Assembly: GCA_963737655.1 (NCBI GenBank)
Contig: CAVTTN010000002.1
Span: forward strand, 4,000,001-4,064,000
From: an uncultured Planctomycetota bacterium
GTDB lineage: Bacteria > Planctomycetota > Planctomycetia > Isosphaerales > Isosphaeraceae
Reading direction: 5' to 3'
Length of the DNA stretch: 64,000 nucleotides
Part shown: in pieces, positions 48,590 through 58,993 of the stretch
How positions within the stretch are numbered: the stretch's first letter is position 1
Layout of the letters: every line of letters begins with the position of its first letter
Notes under the pieces: generated by a model
The model's input: the letters and a program-made list of their open reading frames with translations, nothing else
Database searches by the model: none
What the model was told of the DNA's origin: nothing
Translations under genes and position numbers: made by a program

Positions 48590-48786
48590 ATCGACCGCCA
48601 GACGCCAGCCCGGAACGGCCGGCTCGGCCTCGGCCACCTGACCCCGGCCGTAGACGAGGGGGTAGGAAGCGTCCGGGGATCGCCGCTCGGCCCGGCCCGG
48701 ATGATCCTCCCGGCGATCAACTCGGCCTTGCCCTCGACCCGGGAGGGGTCGTCGAGCGTCGCGGATGTGTTGGTCGCGGTGGCCAT
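48575..48786 (-). pseudogene. Internally deleted Uma2/DUF820 endonuclease remnant
   Basis: N-terminal SATLDDPSRVEGKAELIAGRII and, in another frame, C-terminal VYGRGQVAEAEPAVPGWRLAVDSLFA; the central catalytic part is missing. Confidence 0.65.
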
Positions 48787-48920
48787 GCGGCCTCTCCCCC
48801 TCGATCGGGTGTTTTCTACGATCGAAGATCGCACGATCTTCGATCCTCATACCATGCGGAGCGTGTGTCCCGCATGGGGGAATCCCCCTCGGGTGGCTGG
48901 GGTCGAGGGGTATCGCTCTG

Positions 48921-48985
48921 GAATCTGGAACTTCTGGGGTGCCCCCGGTTCGAGAACCGGAGGCACCCGAAAAAACTCCAGATTC
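48921..48985. repeat. Long imperfect hairpin (REP-like)
   Basis: GAATCTGGA..GGGTGCC..CCGGTTC / GAACCGG..GGCACCC..TCCAGATTC. Confidence 0.55.
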
Positions 48986-49096
48986 GGGAGCTACACCCGG
49001 GGTCAAGCCTCGGAGCGCCTCCGGCTTGACTCAGGGCTCGGCCCGCGATCAGAATCCTCGGGTCGGCGCCCGGCAACTCGGTGGGAGCGAAGCTAG

Positions 49097-49840
49097 ATGG
49101 GTCCGTTCGCCGTGATCTTGCCCGCCGCCGGCCGCTCGTCTCGGTTCGGCGACCCGACTCAGAAGAAAATTTATGCCGATCTCGATGGCCGGGCCGTCTG
49201 GCTCCGGGCCGTCGAGCCGTTCGTGAATCGGGACGATGTGGCCCAGATCCTGGTGGCGATCGCGGCCGAGGATCGCGAGCTTTTCGAGAGGCGTTATCGG
49301 GCCAACGTGGCGTTCCTGGGAATCCAGGTGATCGAAGGCGGCGCCGAACGTCATGAAACGGTGGCCAAAGCGCTCGAACATGTCGATCCGAAGTGCGAAT
49401 TCGTGGCGGTCCACGACGCGGCCCGGCCTTGCGTGCCGATCGCGCTGGTCGATGCGGTCTTCGCCTCGGCCAGAGAGCACGGAGCGGCGATCCCGGGTCT
49501 TGCCGTGGCCGACACCCTGAAGCGAGTCGGGGACGACGGACGGGTCTCCGAAACCGTGCCCCGGGCCGGCCTGGTGGCGGTCCAGACGCCCCAGGCATTC
49601 CGCAAGGATTGGCTGGTGGCGGCCTATGCGAATCGGTCGCGAGTGGCCGGGATCACCGACGATGCCCAGCTGGTCGAGGCCCTGGGGCATCCGTGCCACG
49701 TGGTCCCCGGCTCGCCGTTCAATCGGAAGATCACCGAGGCGGCTGACCTGACGATCGCCTCGGCGTTGCTCGGCGCGATGCCGAGTCCGAAGCCGGCGAG
49801 GTCTGTTCATCCGTTCGCGGATGAACGTGCGATGTGGTAA
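49097..49840 (+). CDS. ispD: 2-C-methyl-D-erythritol 4-phosphate cytidylyltransferase
   Basis: ILPAAGRSSRF, GGAERHETV, VAVHDAARP, VQTPQAF, ITDDAQLVE, NRKIT. Confidence 0.93.
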   Translation: MGPFAVILPAAGRSSRFGDPTQKKIYADLDGRAVWLRAVEPFVNRDDVAQILVAIAAEDRELFERRYRANVAFLGIQVIEGGAERHETVAKALEHVDPKCEFVAVHDAARPCVPIALVDAVFASAREHGAAIPGLAVADTLKRVGDDGRVSETVPRAGLVAVQTPQAFRKDWLVAAYANRSRVAGITDDAQLVEALGHPCHVVPGSPFNRKITEAADLTIASALLGAMPSPKPARSVHPFADERAMW

Positions 49841-49929
49841 CAAAGTTGGCCTTCGGGCCTTGATTCCTCGCGGTCGAATCGCTACGTTGCCCCGAGATCC
49901 GCCGCCCGCGGCCCGGAGACCTCCCGGCG

Positions 49930-50922
49930 ATGCCGGCCAACCTGCCTCCACAATACCTTAAGGTTGAGGAGGAGTATCGCCGCGCGGGTTCCGCGGCGGA
50001 ACGGCTGGAATCGCTCCGCGAATTGTTCAAGCTCCTGCCCAAGCACAAGGGGACGGAGAAGCTCCAGTCGGACCTGAAGCAGAAGATCAGCCGGGCCCGC
50101 GACGAGATCGACGGGGCCCGGGCCGGCGGCAAGAAGGCGGGGATCAGCCACCGGGTTCCCCGCGAAGGGGCCGGCCAGGTCGTCCTGATCGGGCCTCCGA
50201 ACTCCGGCAAGAGCTCGATCCTGGCGGCGATCACCAATGCCAGGCCCGAGATCGCGGCCTATCCGTTCACCACCCGGGCGCCTCAGCCGGGAATCCTGAC
50301 CCATCGCGAGGTCCGTCTCCAGGTCGTCGACCTGCCTTCGGCGTCCCCGGAGTTCTTCGAGCCCTGGGTGCCCGGCCTGGTCCGCTCGGCCGATGCGGCG
50401 TTGCTCGTGGCCGACCTTTCCGACGATGACGGGATCGACGCGACCGAGGCCGCCGTCCGCCGCCTGGCCGAGGCGCGGACCGAGCTCGTGGGCGACCTGC
50501 CCTTCGACGTGGACGATGAGGCCCTCCAGCACGTCAAGACGGTGATGGTGGCGAACAAGGCCGACGCCGACGGGGCCGCCGATCGCCTGGAGCTGCTCCG
50601 CGAGTGGTTCGGCCCGCGATTCCCGATCCTCCCGACCTCGGCGAAGGCCGGATCGGGCCTGGACGACGTCCGCGATGCGGCGTACGATTTGCTAGGCGTC
50701 ATACGGGTTTACACCAAGGTCCCCGGCAAGCCGGCGGACCGTTCCAGCCCGTTCGCAATCCCCGAGGGCAGCACGGTGGCGGACCTGGCTCGGGCGGTTC
50801 ATCGCGATCTGGAGCAGTCCCTGAAGTTCGCCCGGGTCTGGGGCTCGGGCGTCTTCGAGGGCCAGACGGTCAAGAGGGATCACGAGCTCCAAGACGGTGA
50901 TGTCGTGGAGCTCCACGCATGA
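49930..50922 (+). CDS. OBG/DRG-type GTPase with TGS domain
   Basis: PKHKGTEKL, GPPNSGKSS, YPFTT, ANKAD, IRVYTK, FARVWG..L.DGDVVELH. Confidence 0.9.
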   Translation: MPANLPPQYLKVEEEYRRAGSAAERLESLRELFKLLPKHKGTEKLQSDLKQKISRARDEIDGARAGGKKAGISHRVPREGAGQVVLIGPPNSGKSSILAAITNARPEIAAYPFTTRAPQPGILTHREVRLQVVDLPSASPEFFEPWVPGLVRSADAALLVADLSDDDGIDATEAAVRRLAEARTELVGDLPFDVDDEALQHVKTVMVANKADADGAADRLELLREWFGPRFPILPTSAKAGSGLDDVRDAAYDLLGVIRVYTKVPGKPADRSSPFAIPEGSTVADLARAVHRDLEQSLKFARVWGSGVFEGQTVKRDHELQDGDVVELHA

Positions 50923-50951
50923 GCCGCCCGGTCTCGGGTGGGGAGGCGCGG

Positions 50952-51800
50952 ATGGATGGGGCCCTGATCGTCGAGGACGACCCGGATCAGGCGAACTTGA
51001 TGGCCGGGCTCGTCTCGCTCTGCAATCTCCACCCCACGATCGTCGGATGCGGCCGGGAGGGCGTCTCCCTGGCCCGGCGACTCGCCCCGTCGATGGTCTT
51101 CCTCGATATCATGCTCCCGGATACCGACGGCTTCGAGGTCTGCCGCCGGCTCCGCTCCGACCCGGCGACGCGAAATACCCCGATCGTGATGGTCACGGCG
51201 ATGAACGAGCCGCTCTATCGCCAGAAGGGCTATCGGGTCGGGGCGAACGCCTACGTCACCAAGCCCTTCGCCGCCGAGGACCTCTTCGCGGCGATCGACT
51301 CGGCACGCTCCTGGAGGGACCGCCTGGACCGCGGCCGCGTCCAGGGGGAGATCCACGTCGAGCTCAACAGCGAGACCCCGCTGCTCCAGGAAGTCAACGA
51401 GTTCCTGACCGGCCTCTGCCGCGAGACGCCCATGTCGGGCGACCAGATCGCCCAGCTTCGCCAGTCGATCATGGAGATGGGCCAGAACGCCATCGAGTGG
51501 GGCAATCGCCACCGGTCGGACCTGCTGGTCACGATCACCTACCGGGTCTACGACGATCGGGTCGAGGTCGTGATCCGCGACGAGGGCACGGGATTCGATC
51601 CCAGGACCCTGCCTCACGCCGCCTCGCCCGAAGACCCGGTCGCCCACATGGACGTCCGCGAGAAGCTCGGCCTCCGCGAAGGCGGCTTCGGGCTGCTGAT
51701 CTCGCGAGGGATGCTCGACGAGTTGCGATACAATGCTCGGGGCAACGAGGTCACCCTCCTCAAGAGGTTTTCCTCGTCCCTTCCGGTCGCGCGCCGATGA
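50952..51800 (+). CDS. Response regulator fused to an anti-sigma-factor-type (RsbW-like) kinase domain
   Basis: REC: IVEDD, FLDIMLP, YVTKPF. HATPase: EMGQNAIEWGN, IRDEGTGFD, EGGFGLLI, GNEVTL. Confidence 0.85.
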   Translation: MDGALIVEDDPDQANLMAGLVSLCNLHPTIVGCGREGVSLARRLAPSMVFLDIMLPDTDGFEVCRRLRSDPATRNTPIVMVTAMNEPLYRQKGYRVGANAYVTKPFAAEDLFAAIDSARSWRDRLDRGRVQGEIHVELNSETPLLQEVNEFLTGLCRETPMSGDQIAQLRQSIMEMGQNAIEWGNRHRSDLLVTITYRVYDDRVEVVIRDEGTGFDPRTLPHAASPEDPVAHMDVREKLGLREGGFGLLISRGMLDELRYNARGNEVTLLKRFSSSLPVARR

Positions 51801-53008
51801 GCCTGAGGGCCGTACCCCCCATGAAACGGTCCCAATTGCCCGCGTTCATGGTCGTCGATGACGAGGCCCATGTCCTCGAATCGATCCATGACCAGTTTCG
51901 CCTCCAGTATCGCGTCAGCACCTTCGAGACGCCGAGGGAGGCGCTGGCCGCCCTGGATGCGGTCGATCCGGCCGTGGTGCTCTCGGACCAGAGGATGCCC
52001 GGGATGACCGGGGTGAACTTCCTGCGGGAGGTCAAGCTCCGCCGGCCCGACGCCTCCCGCCTCCTGTTCACCGGCTACGCCGACATCAACGCCGTGATCG
52101 ACGCGATCAACGAGGGCAATGTCTACCGATATATCAACAAACCGTGGAACTCCGAGGAGATGGACGCCACGATCCGCCAGGCCGTCGAGAGGCACCGGCT
52201 CCTGGTGGAACGGCGATCGCTCATGGAGGAGCTCCAGGCGACCAACGCCCGGTTGAGGGAGGCCGACGACCTCAAGAAGGCGTTCATCGAGGTCGCCAGC
52301 CACGAATTGAACACCCCGGTCGCCGTGATCCTCGGCATGGCCGACCTCTGGAAGATGATGAGGGAATCCACCCAGACCGCCCCGGAGCGCGCCTGGCTCG
52401 ATCGCATCCATGGCGCCGGGCGGAGGCTGGCGCAGACGGTGGAGCGGATGCTCAAGTTCCTCCGGGCCGACCATTTCGACGAACCGCTCGCCGCCGAGCC
52501 CACGGACCTGGAAACCCTGGTCCGGAACGCCGTCGCCGACGTGGCCCCGTTCCTGGAAGCGAGGCACCAGGAAGCCCGGATCGAGATCGCCGAGGGCCTG
52601 GGGCACGCGGAGCTGGACCCGGCGAAGATCGGCGACGTCCTGACCAACTTGCTGGTCAACGCCATCAAGTTCACGCCCGACGGCGGCCGGATCACCGTGA
52701 TCGCGGGCCCGCAGGACGACGACCGCGTGCGGTTCCAGATCGTCGACACCGGCATGGGGATCTCCCCGGCCGATCACGCCCACCTCTTCGAACCGTTCTT
52801 CACCGGCTACGACACGCTCCACCATTCCTCGGGCGAATACCAGTTCGGCAAGAAGGGGATCGGCCTGGGCCTCAGCCTGGTCAAGTCGTTCGTCGAGCTC
52901 CACGGCGGCTCGGTCGAATTCGTGAGCTCGCCGGCCTCCGGGTCCACCTTCGGATTCACCTTGCCCCGGAGGCTGCCCGGCCGGATTCCGACGAACGGAC
53001 GGCCCTGA
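51797..53008 (+). CDS. Hybrid receiver-histidine kinase
   Basis: VVDDE, SDQRMPGMTG, YINKPW; SHELNTP; NLLVNAIKFT, DTGMGI, GIGLGL. Start 51797 or 51821. Confidence 0.9.
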   Translation: MSLRAVPPMKRSQLPAFMVVDDEAHVLESIHDQFRLQYRVSTFETPREALAALDAVDPAVVLSDQRMPGMTGVNFLREVKLRRPDASRLLFTGYADINAVIDAINEGNVYRYINKPWNSEEMDATIRQAVERHRLLVERRSLMEELQATNARLREADDLKKAFIEVASHELNTPVAVILGMADLWKMMRESTQTAPERAWLDRIHGAGRRLAQTVERMLKFLRADHFDEPLAAEPTDLETLVRNAVADVAPFLEARHQEARIEIAEGLGHAELDPAKIGDVLTNLLVNAIKFTPDGGRITVIAGPQDDDRVRFQIVDTGMGISPADHAHLFEPFFTGYDTLHHSSGEYQFGKKGIGLGLSLVKSFVELHGGSVEFVSSPASGSTFGFTLPRRLPGRIPTNGRP

Positions 53009-53219
53009 TCGAGCCGAGGGCCGGTCATGCGCCAGGGCCGCTTGGTTTTCGAGTCCGCCCAGAGACTTTGCGGTCGAAGCCGCGAGAAGAAGGAAACGGC
53101 CCTGGGTCTTTCTCGCCTCCGCTTGGACCGGCGCCGGGAATCGAGTACGATTCGGGTGGGGCGCTCGACCCTTCGCGCTCGGAGAGGAGCCGGGGCCGGG
53201 GCCGTCCCGATCGAGGAGG

Positions 53220-53504
53220 ATGCCCTGGATGGATCAGCCGCCGTTCCATTTCGAGCCGATGTGTTCCGCCCCGGAGTGCGGACGCTCCGGCGTCTTCAAG
53301 GTCGCGGCCCCGTGGAGCTACGGCTCCAGCCGCGAGCTGAAAAACTACGGGCTCTGTTGCGAGCTGCACAAGGACGAGCTCCTCGCCCGTTCCCTGCAAA
53401 AGGCCGACGGCCTGATCCTGGCCGAAGGGGAAGACGTCGGGCCGATCGGCGTCTACCAGATCCTTCCCGGGGTCCGCGACACCGAGTTGTCCCGCGTCGA
53501 GTGA
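53220..53504 (+). CDS. Small Cys-rich hypothetical protein
   Basis: GAGGAGG RBS; CSAPEC..KVAAPWSYG..ELKNYGLCCELH. Confidence 0.7.
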   Translation: MPWMDQPPFHFEPMCSAPECGRSGVFKVAAPWSYGSSRELKNYGLCCELHKDELLARSLQKADGLILAEGEDVGPIGVYQILPGVRDTELSRVE

Positions 53505-53547
53505 CCTCGTCCGGCCGTCGACGATCGATTCCTCGGGAGGGAACCCG

Positions 53548-56259
53548 ATGCTCGCCTGGTCATGGATGGCGTTCGCCCCCGTCCTGTTCGGGGCGGACCC
53601 GGCCGGCGCTCTCCCCGCCGACCCGTTCGCCCGGTTCGCCCTGCCTCCGGCCTGGCAGGCCCGGTTCTGGGACTCGGAGGATGCCCGGGCCCTCCGCGAC
53701 CTGACCCCTCGCCAGGTCGCCGACCTCGTGCCCGTCCAGTCCGGCCTCTGCCACGTCCGCTGCCCGTCCTGCGAACCCTCGACGGGCGAGGACTCGCTGC
53801 GATGGTCCCCGGCCCGACCCGACGTCCTGACCTGCCGACTCTGCCAGGCGACGTTCCCGAACGACCAGGTCCCGGCCAAGGTCGATGGGAAGGTGCCCGA
53901 GGAAGTGGTCGAGGTCGCCCCCCGACGTCTTCATCATTATCCCTATCATCCCGTCCCCCCCGACCATCAGCGATTCGCCGACGAACGCCTGTACCTCGCC
54001 GCGAAGAAGGACCACGAACGCCGCGAATTCCTCGCCAAGACCGCCCTTTACGCCGCGATCCGGCACCGCGACCGGAAGGCCGAGGGCGGCGACCCCCAGG
54101 CGGCCACGATCGCGGCGGTGATCCTCGTCCGATTCGCCCAGGTCTATCCCGACTACGCGACCCACTTCGATCCGCCGGACCAGCCCCCCCTGCTCGGGCC
54201 CGCCGACCCGGGCCCGACGCTCCGCCCCGGGTTCGCGATCGGCAAATGGGATTCCTCGGGCGCCCGAGACGTGCCGTTGAATCTCGTCGTCGCCTATTCG
54301 GCCCTGAGAGACGACCCGGCGCTCGTCGAGGCGGGCCAACTGCTCAACGAACCCGACCCGAAACGGGCCATCGAGGAGAACTTCCTCCGCAAGACGGCGG
54401 AATTCGTCGATCGACGGCCGTTCGAGGCCACGGAGTCCGGGTTGCTCGCCTGCCGGGGCGTGCTCGCCGTCGGTCGCGCCCTGAACGACCCGGGCCTGAT
54501 GCATCGGGGGGTCGCGAGGCTCGAATCGCTGATGACCCGGGGCTTCTACCACGACGGCTTCTGGCACGCGGGCGATCCCTCGTCGCATCGACGGGTGCTT
54601 GACCAGATCGACGGCTGGCTCGACCTCCTGCTGACCGGATATTCCGACCCTCCGGGCTTCCACCCCCCCGATGGCTCCCGACGCTTCGAGACGCTCGCCG
54701 GATCGAAGAGCCTGGCGATGATCGGACCCATCCGGTCGGCCAGCCCGACGATCGGGCCGAAGGGCACGAGCGAGGAGGCCCAGCTCGCCTCGTGGCCGGC
54801 GCCCCCGCGGACGTCCCCGCCTCGCCGCCCGAGCTTGCTGGGAGGCGCCGGGATCGCCCGGCTCGGCGTGGGCTCGGGCGAGGATGCCCTGGACGTCGAC
54901 CTGATGGGCCTGGGAGACGGCGGGCCGATCCCTCCGGGACGGCTGGGCCTCAAGCTAACCGTCGGCGGGAGGACGGTGCTCGACGACCTCGACGGCACGT
55001 CGCCCGCCACCGAGTGGGGCTTCGAACGCGCCTCGGCCAGCCGGAACACGATGCTCGTCGATGGCCTGAATCAACGAGAAACGCTGGATGAAGCTCGCAA
55101 GCCGGCGCCGGGGGCCGACGTCCTGTTCTTCGCGGCGGACCCGGATTTCCAGGTCGTGGTCATGGAGGACCGATTCGCCTATCCGCGATCGACGTCCCGT
55201 TATCGCGAGACGCTCGTCGTGTGCTCCGGGGGACGGACCCGGTTCGCGGTCTCGGTGTTCGAGGTCCGCGGCGGCCTCCAGCACGAGGAACTCTTCCACG
55301 GGTGCCCCGAGCCGGCCGCCCGGTGGCGACCGACGGTCCCCCTGGATGCCGGACCGACGAGCCTCTTGCCGCCGAAATTCGTCCTCGTCCCGACGGCCCG
55401 GCCCGAGGACGGCCGCTGGTTCCTCCAGGCGATGGGCGGGTTCACGGACCTCTCCTCGGGCCGGGCCGAACGGCCCTTCCAGGCGGAGCTCCAGGGCGAA
55501 GGGCCGCCGGGAGTCCGCCTCCATGTCCTGAATGAGTTCGCGACGACCCTTTACGTCGGCGCCTCGCCCGGGTCCTCCGGCCTGAAACGATCGAGCCTGG
55601 TCCTTCGGCGGAGGTCCGAGGATGGGGCGAGCCTTTCCTCCGCGTTCGTCACGGTGTTCGAGCCGATCGGCACCTCGGCGCCGCTTCGGAGGGTGGGTCG
55701 AGTCGAGCTCCGAGGCGGATGCCGTGGTCCTGGCGGTGGAGACGGCCGAAGGCCCGGAGACGCTGGTCGTGAACCTCAGCGGCGGACCCTCGCGACAGGT
55801 CAGCCTGGCGGATGGGCGGCCCCTGAAGACCGACGGGGTCGCCGTCCGGCTCCGAACCGACGGGATCACCCTGGCCGGCGGCACGTTCGCCGAGGCCGAC
55901 GGCCGAAAGGCCGAGCAGACCCGGGCCGGAGGCAGCATCGTGGCCGCGGGCCGATCCGAATCGAAGGCCGGCCTGGGTTGGTTTTCCACTCGGGAGGCGC
56001 TCCCCGATCCCGATTCGCTGGCCGGGCGGGCCCTCCTGATCCGCCACGGAGACGGCACCGTCCGGGGCTGGACGATCGTTTCGGCCCAGAACCGCGCCGA
56101 GGGAGGCGCCGGATCGTCGTCCGCGAGCCGCCCGGATTTCACATCGACGCCCGGACCGGCTCGGCCCAGTATGACTCCTTCCCCGGCTTCACCGTGCCCG
56201 GGCCCCACCGGTTCGGGATCTCCCGGATCGCCCGGAGTCCGGGAGCGGCCCTTCGTTGA
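53548..56259 (+). CDS. Heparinase II/III-like secreted protein with N-terminal Zn-finger; compensating frameshifts (~55708, ~56108)
   Basis: CPSC..CRLC; helical region with FYHDGFWH; ASASRNTMLVDGLNQ; beta-rich C-terminus partly in the 55622 frame. Confidence 0.6.
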   Translation: MLAWSWMAFAPVLFGADPAGALPADPFARFALPPAWQARFWDSEDARALRDLTPRQVADLVPVQSGLCHVRCPSCEPSTGEDSLRWSPARPDVLTCRLCQATFPNDQVPAKVDGKVPEEVVEVAPRRLHHYPYHPVPPDHQRFADERLYLAAKKDHERREFLAKTALYAAIRHRDRKAEGGDPQAATIAAVILVRFAQVYPDYATHFDPPDQPPLLGPADPGPTLRPGFAIGKWDSSGARDVPLNLVVAYSALRDDPALVEAGQLLNEPDPKRAIEENFLRKTAEFVDRRPFEATESGLLACRGVLAVGRALNDPGLMHRGVARLESLMTRGFYHDGFWHAGDPSSHRRVLDQIDGWLDLLLTGYSDPPGFHPPDGSRRFETLAGSKSLAMIGPIRSASPTIGPKGTSEEAQLASWPAPPRTSPPRRPSLLGGAGIARLGVGSGEDALDVDLMGLGDGGPIPPGRLGLKLTVGGRTVLDDLDGTSPATEWGFERASASRNTMLVDGLNQRETLDEARKPAPGADVLFFAADPDFQVVVMEDRFAYPRSTSRYRETLVVCSGGRTRFAVSVFEVRGGLQHEELFHGCPEPAARWRPTVPLDAGPTSLLPPKFVLVPTARPEDGRWFLQAMGGFTDLSSGRAERPFQAELQGEGPPGVRLHVLNEFATTLYVGASPGSSGLKRSSLVLRRRSEDGASLSSAFVTVFEPIGTSAPLRRVGRVELRGGCRGPGGGDGRRPGDAGREPQRRTLATGQPGGWAAPEDRRGRRPAPNRRDHPGRRHVRRGRRPKGRADPGRRQHRGRGPIRIEGRPGLVFHSGGAPRSRFAGRAGPPDPPRRRHRPGLDDRFGPEPRRGRRRIVVREPPGFHIDARTGSAQYDSFPGFTVPGPHRFGISRIARSPGAALR

Positions 56260-56363
56260 CGGGGCCGTCGCGGCGATTAGGATGGAGGGCCGCGAAGGTC
56301 CGCGAGCGTCTCGCTCCCGCGGTCCCGCGATCGGGCCGACATCTCCGAGGTCGCAAGCCGCCA

Positions 56364-57125
56364 ATGATCCGACGATGGGAAGGCTCCGGGACGTCGTATC
56401 GCATCGAGTGGGGCGGGGCGCCGTGGCAACTCCTCCTCGATGCGCCCCAACCCGGCCTGATCGGCCCGGGGCTGGGTCCGGTCCTGGCATTGGAGGGCCT
56501 CGCCAGGCCGGGCCGGTGGGATCGCCAGGCGCTGTCGGGGTCATCGTTGATCCAATCTCATGTTCACTACAATGGCGTGGAGGCCATCTATCGCCCGGAC
56601 GGCTGGGGCGAAACGACCGTGACGGCCACCTGGCGGCCGAGAGATGAGGAAGGGATGGATCTCCAGGTGGAGATCCAGGCCCGGTCCGTCGGCGAGCTCC
56701 AGGCCGTCGAGGTCAAGCTCTTGAGCGCCCTGGAGCCTCTTCCTCCGCTGGGCTCCCATCGCTCCGTGGAGCCTCGCGACGCCGCCTCGGCCGCCCTGAG
56801 CTACGACGGCCGCGAGGACGACCTGGCCCGCCTCGTCACCGGGCCTCCCGGCGAACCGAGGGGGCCGTGGTTCGTCCCCAGGAAAGGCATCCCGGGACGG
56901 ACCTACGTCGAGATCGCCCATCCCGAGGACGCCAGCCGACGGATCTCCGAGGGCCGCCTCCCGTTCGGCGCCTGCCGCGTCGCCCTGTTCGGCCACGACC
57001 TGGAACGAGGCGTCGCGTTGCGAGGCCGGGTCCGCGCGTTCTGGTGCCCGGACGCCTCGGCCTTCGAGGATGCCGAGCGACATCTCCACGAATTCCTGGC
57101 CGAGCCTCCTCCGCTGTCCCACTAA
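56364..57125 (+). CDS. Hypothetical protein
   Basis: Globular ORF ending LFGHDLERGVALRGRVR..FLAEPPPLSH; start uncertain. Confidence 0.65.
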   Translation: MIRRWEGSGTSYRIEWGGAPWQLLLDAPQPGLIGPGLGPVLALEGLARPGRWDRQALSGSSLIQSHVHYNGVEAIYRPDGWGETTVTATWRPRDEEGMDLQVEIQARSVGELQAVEVKLLSALEPLPPLGSHRSVEPRDAASAALSYDGREDDLARLVTGPPGEPRGPWFVPRKGIPGRTYVEIAHPEDASRRISEGRLPFGACRVALFGHDLERGVALRGRVRAFWCPDASAFEDAERHLHEFLAEPPPLSH

Positions 57126-57260
57126 ATCCCGGGCGGGTCGGGCTCCGCCTGGGAGGCGATGGGGACGACCGATGATGCCATTGGGGACCGCTGGATCCGG
57201 CCGCTTGCACGCATTGATCGCTCGACATCCCGTCATTTTTTGATTCGGGCCGGCGCTCCC

Positions 57261-57289
57261 TTGTGATGCCCGTAGGCTCGGGTTAGAAT
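57261..57289 (+). promoter_or_regulatory. Possible sigma70 promoter
   Basis: TTGTGA-17 bp-TAGAAT upstream of the monooxygenase pair. Confidence 0.45.
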
Positions 57290-57520
57290 CCACCTTCACA
57301 AGTCAAATCCGAGGCTCGCCCAGCGGTCACGAATCCCCGCCATCCTCTTCACCCTGGCGGGGTCGGGTTCGAGCCTCTCCAACGCATTTGCGAATCGAAT
57401 CAGTCCGGGGCATGGTTTCTCGTCGCCGGGGCGTCGCGCCGGGACGGGCCGTCATGCCATCCCGCCACCGATCCGCCCCACGGCGGCCCCTGGCGGCTTC
57501 ACCCTCGGGGGGAGGAGACC

Positions 57521-58879
57521 ATGAGGCGAGGGACCGGCCGGACATCGCGGGTCGCCATTCACGCCGGGATCGTCGCCGGGGTGTTCGGGCTGGCGGCCTC
57601 GGCCGTCGCGGGGGACCCGAAGCCGGTCCCGACGTTCTCGAAAAACGTCGCGCCGATCCTCCAGGCGAAATGCCAGACCTGCCATCGCAAGCACGAGGTC
57701 GGTCCGTTCGCCCTGGAGACCTACGAGCAGGCGAGGAAGCGGGCCGACGACATCGCATCGGTCACCGAGGGGCGGTCGATGCCGCCCTGGAAGCCGTCGC
57801 CGGGCGTCGGCCCCAAGCTCAAGCATGACCAGTCCCTGACCAAGGCCGAGATCGGCATCCTGGCCGCCTGGGCCGAGGGAGGTGCCCCTCAGGGCGATCC
57901 CAAGGACCTCCCGCCCCCTCCGGAATTCATCCAGGGCTGGAAGCTCGGCCCGCCCGACCTGATCCTCGAGCCCTCCGAGGATTTCGAGGTCCCCGCCTCC
58001 GGCCCCGACACCTACCGATGCTTCGTCCTGCCGACGAACCTGACGCAGGACATGTCCCTGGAGGCGATCGACTACAAGGCCGGCTTCCGCGAGGCGGTCC
58101 ATCACGTGATCAGCTACATCGACACCAGCGGCTTGGCCCGGACCCTGGACGCCGCCGAGCCCGGGCCCGGCTACTCCTCGTCCACAGGGGGCGGCAACGT
58201 CGGGGCCGACGAGCTGGGCTTCTGGACCACCGGAAGCGTCCCCCACCGCCTGCCCGAGGGAGTCGGGATCCGCCTGCCCCGCCAGTCGGACATCATCCTC
58301 CAGGTGCACTACCACCCCAACGGCAAGCCGGGCGCCGACCGCACCCGGATCGGCCTCTACTTCGCCCGCAAGCCGATCAAGCAGGCTCTGCACTGGAACA
58401 ATGCCTCCTGCTACAACTTCCGCCTCCCGGCCGGGATCGACCGGATCGAGGTCAAGGCAAGCTGGTTCGTCCCCGTGGCGCTGGACGCCCTGGCCGTGGC
58501 GCCCCACATGCACCAGCTCGGCCGGGACATTCACATGTTCGTCGTCTACCCCGACGGCAAGACGAAGGACCTGATACACATCGCCGACTGGGACCCGTCC
58601 TGGCAAAGTGCCTACTACTTCGAGAAGCCCGTGCCGCTGCCCGCCGGGTCGGTCGTCAAGGTCGTCGCCCACTTCGACAACTCCGGTCACCCCCGCAACC
58701 CCAACAGCCCGCCGAAGCTGGTCACCTATGGCTCCAATGCCGACGACGAGATGTGCGTCGGATACATCGCCGTGGTCAAGAAGGGCCAGGACCTCACCGT
58801 CCCCCGGGCGGTCGATGACCTCTACGAGATCTTCCAGAAACAGCGGGTGCGCAACGCCGGGAAGCGCCCCTCGAAGTGA
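57521..58879 (+). CDS. Secreted heme-c + copper type II (PHM/DBH-like) monooxygenase-family protein
   Basis: Signal peptide; CQTCH; MPPW; VHHV, QVHYH, APHMH, WDPSWQ, DEMC. Confidence 0.82.
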   Translation: MRRGTGRTSRVAIHAGIVAGVFGLAASAVAGDPKPVPTFSKNVAPILQAKCQTCHRKHEVGPFALETYEQARKRADDIASVTEGRSMPPWKPSPGVGPKLKHDQSLTKAEIGILAAWAEGGAPQGDPKDLPPPPEFIQGWKLGPPDLILEPSEDFEVPASGPDTYRCFVLPTNLTQDMSLEAIDYKAGFREAVHHVISYIDTSGLARTLDAAEPGPGYSSSTGGGNVGADELGFWTTGSVPHRLPEGVGIRLPRQSDIILQVHYHPNGKPGADRTRIGLYFARKPIKQALHWNNASCYNFRLPAGIDRIEVKASWFVPVALDALAVAPHMHQLGRDIHMFVVYPDGKTKDLIHIADWDPSWQSAYYFEKPVPLPAGSVVKVVAHFDNSGHPRNPNSPPKLVTYGSNADDEMCVGYIAVVKKGQDLTVPRAVDDLYEIFQKQRVRNAGKRPSK

Positions 58880-58993
58880 CCGGACCGGGCGAATCGGGCG
58901 AACCTGGGCGGCCGCGCCCTTCCCGACGTTGCGGCGATTGTCGTAGACTGGGGCGAGTGGGCCTCGCTGTCAATGGCGACCGAGGGTAGACGC

